A stretch of DNA of 63,942 nucleotides, counting the filler, from Psammoneis japonica (Eukaryota): the NCBI GenBank assembly GCA_008632985.1. It is 3 parts of 3 records of this genome, joined end to end, with 100 filler letters (N's around TTAATTAATTAA, not from the genome) between each part and the next. Parts side by side here need not be neighbours in the genome. Positions count along the whole stretch, not along the records: positions 52,743 to 63,942 come from QPGO01000500.1; 2 more parts are not named here. The stretch is one strand, 5' to 3'. Below the pieces are notes generated by a model. The model worked only from the letters and a program-made list of their open reading frames with translations, had not been told where the DNA came from and made no database searches. This document shows positions 57,897 through 63,942 of this stretch, piece after piece. A program made the translations under genes and the position numbers. Numbering within the stretch: the first letter of the stretch is position 1; each line of letters opens with the position of its first letter.

Positions 57897-60800
57897 CTCC
57901 CCAGTTTGCTTGAGGAGCCACAGAAACAGATTCGACTTCGGATGGAATGAAGTTCCAGAACATGAGGGGGCGGAGAAGGTCCCAGATTTGGGAGCAACCC
58001 CAATGCTTGCTGAGAATGTCAGCAGGGTTGCGGGAACCTTCGATGAAGTGGAACTCAAGGCAACCAGAGGCAATTGCCTCACGCACACGGTGGAACGACA
58101 GTGCGGTGTGTCGCTTGTGTAACTTGGAGTGCGGGATGGTGGCACTGTCTACAACCGACTTGTTGTCACCGAACATGTGACTAACGTTGCGGATCGGGAC
58201 GCCAAGGCAGCGCAGGGTGATGCGCAGGTCGACAATCTGCTCAACACAAGTCCTTGCGGCAACAAATTCAGACCCGCAGGTCGCAGTCTCCACGGTGGCT
58301 TGTTTCTTAGAGAACCAATCAGCCGGGAATTTGTTGAGGAAGTGGAGCATTCCCATGACAGAGCGTCCGGTGAGCATGCAATGGTGCAAGTTTGCATCGA
58401 CGTAGTGGGTGGCAGTGACGAACTTGCCAAGGGGCGGTGGAGCGTCCTTCGGGATCATCTCTTCTGCTTCACCATGCACGGAATGCATCCATTCATAGGC
58501 CGGAGCAGGGAGATCCGAATGGTCGGGCTCTTCCGTGCGAACGCGGAGAGCACCGTGTCGCATCTTGGAGAGGTGCCCACAGACGCGTTTGGCACGATCC
58601 AAGTGGCCTTGACGGGGCGCAGCTCGGAAGCTAGAGAGTGACATGACGGCCGTGGTGATGTCAATTCGACCAAGGGACACTGCCCATTGGAGTGAACCAA
58701 CAAGAGACTGGAACTTGTGAATGCCATCGGGTCCCAGCAGTTCGGAAGTGTCCAGTTCGGGGTGGTCACCCTTCTCTAGAGGTGACAGGGTGTTGGTGGT
58801 GGGTTTCTCCCCAAACAGTCGGGCACAGCTGTCGACCATGCGCTCGATGCACTTGCGCGGAGACAGGCACAAGGTTCTGTCGGGTTCCCGGGAAAAGTCG
58901 CAACCCAGATGGAACTCAATGGGTCCCGCACCCTTGAGCTTGAACTTGTGCTTTTCCGTGAGAGTGTCGACGAAAGATTGAGGGTCCTTCATGGCAATGG
59001 CGAGGTCATCCACATAAACGGCAATGCACTCACAGTGGTCACCGTTCCTGCGCATCCAAATGTCGGGTTCGGCACGGCAGGGGAAGAAGCCTTCAGCTCG
59101 CAGGCAGTCGGCGAAGCGCTCGTGCCAGCGGAGACCGGAGCTGCGCAGTCCATGCAGTGCCTTGTGGATGACAAGGATGTGCCCTTCGAGTTTGCCGAAC
59201 TCGGGTCCAGCTACAATGTAAAGCTTCTCCTTGGTGGTGGCTTCAAGGTGGGCATTGCCAATGTCGGTGGCCCATGTCTCCAACTCGTTGAGTTCGGCCA
59301 GGAAAATCATCAGCCGAAGGCCACGGAGGGAGACTGCTCCAGAGCAGACACTGTCGACAGGTACGTCCGTGAGGTGCCCGTCGGCTACGAGTCGTGCCTT
59401 GTGGCGACCGTCGTGTTTCACGTCGCACACTGGGTGCACTCGGATCTTCTTGTGTCCCGCAGGAGGAGTGGAAGACTTGAAGGGCCCGCAGTCATGGAAG
59501 ACTTCGTATTCGTCGAGTTGGTCCATCTCGAGATTAGTTGCGTCTCCCCACTTGCGTTGCCGTTGCGTTCGTCTGGTGACATGGCGTGTTTGCAGTTCCG
59601 GGGAACTTCACATCCACACTTGTAGCGAGGTGCAGTGCGGAAGGAGCGAAGCTTGGCTTGGTTGGCCATGCGAGATAGCTTCTTTTGGCGCCTCGCGATG
59701 GTGCGGAACCGCTTCCAGCCATCCGTGTCGAGGAGTCCGTTCTCTCGTGCATAGATGGCACAGGTGACGGGGTCGTCCTTGGCGATGATGGCAAGAGGCT
59801 CGGACGTGATCTCCCCACTTTCCCATTCAAGCATGATGTTGTAGCTGGAGCCTTTCCAGGTTGGGTCGTGAGGCTTCAGAGGTCCTTCGTGCGACACGAT
59901 GCATCGAAATTTCCAAACAGTGGTGTCTTCGTCTTCTTGCTCAATGTGATTCATGATGTCATTGCAGGCAAGGACTTCCTCGCATTCGTCATTGTTGACA
60001 GAGCAGACGAACTCAGTGAGCTCGGGATTGCCGTTCACTTTCCATTCGTGGTCTTCGACGGCCTTGATGATGCGAGCTCTGTGGCGTTGTCTGTCCTCTT
60101 GTGGCTGCATGAGGAAGGTGCGTCCAATGATGTCTTGCGGATCGAAAACTGGCATCTTGGGTGTCCTGATCTCCCCATCAGGAGAGTCGACGGGGTTGTC
60201 GTCATGGCGAGATTTGATGATGGGTTCAGGTGGCTCCCCATCAGGAGGATCAAGACGCAGGTTTCGAACGGCAGGATCGGGGGCAGCGGAGCGGACGTTG
60301 GACCGGCAGAGGATCTTCTGAGTCTCGTCAGATAGAATCTTGAAGGTCATCTGGTGGCCGACGTGCTCAGCAATGCCAACGAAGCGTCCGCGCAACTCAC
60401 GGGATTCGAGCGGCCAATCGGAGTCATCGAGGGGGAAGTGCACGGGTTCCCACCAGTGAAAGCGAAGCAATGGGCTGATGTCCGGGGTGGAGCCAGTGAG
60501 AGTCTCGAGGGGCGTGCGCCAGTGGAGACGTGGGGACGCTGTGTGGTTGAGCATGAAGCACATGTGCATGAGCGCCAGCAGCCATGTGTGGGCGGGCGAA
60601 CCAAAACGATCCATGACAGTGTTCGCCATGCGCTTCACGGTCTGGTGTCGACGTTCGGCAAAGTTTTGGTGTTGCTGGTGAGGCTCACTTTGCCAGCTAG
60701 AGATGAAGAGGGCGCGTAGGATCCCGAGCACTTTGTTGCTGATCTCAACTTGAGCACGGTCGCCAATGAGTTTGGATGGAGCACCACGTTCACGGATCTG

Positions 60801-63510
60801 ATCCTCGAGTGTGTTGACAAACTCTTTGTCCGTCTTAGTGCCGCAGACGTCAGTGACGGTAGACTCGGTGCCAACAAACAGTTGGGCGCTGGTGCAACCA
60901 GAGTCGACGGCCGGGGTGTCGGCACAAACGGTGTCAGTGGCGACAGGCTCGTTGCGGCGGTGCACATTAAGGGCGGGGTTGGGTGATTTGCAGGCCTTGC
61001 GAAGGTGTGTACCGGCGGGCATGCGGGCGCACTGCGTGGTGCAGTCAAAAGTACGACGGACCGCATCGGCAGGTAGGAAGCCAAAGTGAGGCCGAAGAGA
61101 CTCGAAGGGGGGGTCCTTGGGCTGTACAGTGCGCTCCGGAGGTGGAACGTCATCGCCCTGGGGGTCAATCGCATGCAGATGACACTCGTAGAACACGTCG
61201 TCGTTCGGAATGAGGTGATCATCGAGGGCGGACGCGTGATCGGCAGACAAGGAAGCGGACAAGATGGTCTCGTTGACAACGACACGGTGACGGCAGTTGC
61301 CGCATTCGTCAAATGGGTTGGCAGTGGGATCGTCCTGCAGGTCAGAGATCGCGTCGCACCACTGGTCGTCGTCAGTGACAGAGTGATCGAGGACGGAAGG
61401 GTCCCATGTGTCATCACCGGTGAGGATGACATGGGGCAGGGTGTCCCATTCGGCGTCAGTGTAAGGTCGCATGGCAACATGAGGCAGGCCAGCCTTGATG
61501 TCAATGGGGATGACATAGCCATCAGGAGTGGCAATGCGTTGCAAGCCGTTGGGCACCTTGACAGAGCGATCGTTGACATCCTGTTTGTACCATTCGAGCT
61601 GGCCGCAGGAATGGATGGTCTTGCCCTTTCCCGTGCATGCGCACTGATGGAGGATGGCGATGACGGGACCACGCTGGGTCTCAATGACGGCACCAGCGGT
61701 GACAATGGGGATGTCCACCAATTGATGATCGTCAATGCCCTGAACGTCGACTTGGCGAGAGGTGCGTGCAATGACGCGAACGTCGTCGCCAGCAATGCCG
61801 CCGTTGGCCCCACGATCGACTAGAGCGCCAGTGCGTGTGGAGCGATGAGCAGAGGCAGAGCAAATGACATTGTGGTTGTCAACGCGGCGGCAAGTGCGGC
61901 CGTTAAGTTCCATGTCATCTGCAGAAGCTGGCGGGGTAGAGGAAGCGGCGGATGGCCCCGGTCGACTGGCATTGGGGGCTTGGTTAGGAGACAACAGACG
62001 TTGCAGATCACCGGGTGGCAGTGGCTTGCGCTTGGTGAGGTGCGCCAGGATGGGATTGTCCGAAGTGGCGTCCACATGTGGAGCGGAGTCACCAGAGTCA
62101 GCAGGAGTCGTGTTGGACAAGTTGACATCACCGTCACTCCCAAGGCGTTGGTCGTGAAGGTTGGCCGTAACAGACTCATGGCAGTTGCTGGCTCGCGGGT
62201 TGCGGGGAGGTGGACGAGAATGCTCAAGGATGATCGCCTTGGAGGAATCGGGCAACGAATCCCAGAGCCGTTGGTGGTCGGGAGGGAGACGTCTCCATTG
62301 GACACTGGTGAGGCTGGGACCGCGGGTGTGGGCAGCATTGGCCTGAAGGACATCAACGTCGCTGTCAATGTCGTAGAACACATCGTCGGACGGTTCCTCG
62401 GAGCAGATGTCATGTGCGATGTGGCGCGTCGGGGAGCTCGAGGTGTCGTCTTGGGTTGAAACGTCTGTCGTACTGAGCTGCCGCGGAGAGGAGCAAGCCA
62501 CAGCATTGATCGCATGTGAGGCTCTTGCCACTCTGCGTACGATGCTGATCAGCTTGGTTCTTGACAGCACGGAGTTCCTCGACAGGGTGCACGGCATTCT
62601 CGAGCATGACGCGCTTCTGTCCTTCAGAGAAGTGGTCACTGGCCGGGATGAGTGCCTCGCACTTGCGCAACTGATCTTGCCAATGAAGGATGAACCCGTG
62701 GGTCGGACCTTTCCAAGTGCCATCACCAAGACGTGCGGTGGTGAGGTGCGTGAGCAGGGTGGAGGACTCGACAGATGCGCGGGTGGAGGCAAGCGCGCAC
62801 TCAGACAAGGAGCGGCAGACGGTCTGTGCGTCAGAAGACCCCACATTTTCGCGAATGAGAGCCTTGCCCTTGTCGGTGAGAAGGATGCGTTCGAAGACGG
62901 CGAACATGTGCTTTTGCTGTTCAGCAAAGAGCAGTTTGTCTTCGGGGCTGGTCGGTTTGTACGACGAGTCTAGAATGCACTCGACGTCTTGGGCACGGGC
63001 TTGTGCCACAAGTGAGGTGTGCCAAGTGTGCCACTGCTTGTCGGATTTGAGAGCCGTGAAAGCGGTGGGATCACGCTTGATGCCTCGCTTGAAGTCCCGC
63101 ACCGGGTCGCGTGCCTTGGTCGGGTTGGTGACATGTGGAGGTGCAAGGGGTGAGCTGCCGATGGACACAGAAGACATGCAGTCGGGGCTGAGGCGGCAGG
63201 CAAGGAACTCGTCATGTGCGAACAAAGAGGAGTCGTTGGCAACATCAAGACCTTTGTGTGCTTTGACAATGTACAGACTGACTGGTGCTGCTAACATGTT
63301 CTTATAACCACGGGGCAAAGGGATTGCATCAGTGCCGTTGTCGCACTCAAGCGAGTCGATTTGGGACGGCATGAACGTGAACAGTTCCTGATGCGAGTCC
63401 GTGCCGTCTTGGGCCAAAGCCAAACGAAGAGGACTCCCAGCACCTTGGGCAAGCACGGTTCCAACCACGTGCTCGAAACCATCGGTTTGTTGCTGACGAG
63501 TGAGAACCAT
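57844..63510 (-). pseudogene. Copia gag-pol with frameshifts near 62420-62465 and ~59550
   Basis: ORF pieces 63510-62410, 62927-59418 and 59526-57844 together give the family polyprotein. Confidence 0.92.
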
Positions 63511-63942
63511 GGCAGACAAAAGTGGTGTCAGGACAATCAATTCTGGTTGGGAAGAGAAGGTGGACTCGAAACTTGGGTGAGAACAGACTTGACTTGAAAT
63601 GGACTTGACTTGAAATCTTGAACTATCTTAAAATCAGAAGTCGCCGGGCTTTGTTATCCCGTTCGTTGTCAAGTGCTAAACTTCCCATCCGGTCCGCAGA
63701 GTTGTGCCGGCACATCCGAACCCGCAGCTGGCGGCGCTTTGGGTTGCTTGCGAGCGGAGCAGCGGGTTGTAAACCCCTGCAGGTAAGCTGACTAGAGGTG
63801 GACAAGACCCCCGAACCGTTCTCATTTTATGTCGGTTGGATTTCCCGATCAGGCTGGCCAGTTGACGCAGGCGTTGGGCGCTGTGGACGAACGAACAAAC
63901 GCGGGAAAGCACCCTCGCCCCAACGCAGGCTGCAATCACGGC

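Larger units (their letters stand above)
57621..63942 (-). mobile_element. Copia copy 4 (inverted; 5' end runs off the window)
   Basis: 3' LTR 57621-57896; gag-pol and 5' UTR homologous to copy 3. Confidence 0.97.

Noticed and set aside
3030..63939. Hundreds of overlapping and antisense ORFs in the TE and TG/CA-rich blocks
   Set aside because: Expected by-product of TA loss, which removes TAA/TAG stops in all six frames; no recognisable domains.

Overview
Eukaryotic, almost certainly diatom, genomic DNA. This is inferred from CoDi-type Ty1/copia elements, a CryptonS-like relic, a bipartite plastid-targeting presequence and Pro/Thr-linker secreted proteins. The window is three contigs joined by two artificial N-TTAATTAATTAA-N linkers. 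About half is LTR retrotransposon: four copies of one 7.1-kb copia family (276-bp LTRs) and one complete gypsy (379-bp LTRs, CATG TSD). It also holds a complete mariner-type element (81-bp TIRs, TA TSD), other TE relics and about ten host genes or pseudogenes. Main signal: repeats and some neighbouring DNA carry a strand-symmetric, genome-level TpA->TpG/CpA (A:T->G:C) hypermutation that turns conserved Tyr into Cys/His, the reverse of fungal RIP. It is patchy, has sharp borders and leaves unmutated islands, so it is a candidate undescribed genome-defence mutator. Second highlight: an intronless gene fusing a signal peptide to a Bacteroidota-like HU domain, a degenerate second HU and a Bacteroidota-like Hc1 (histone H1-like) domain. 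All family assignments are by motif recognition only; no searches were run.
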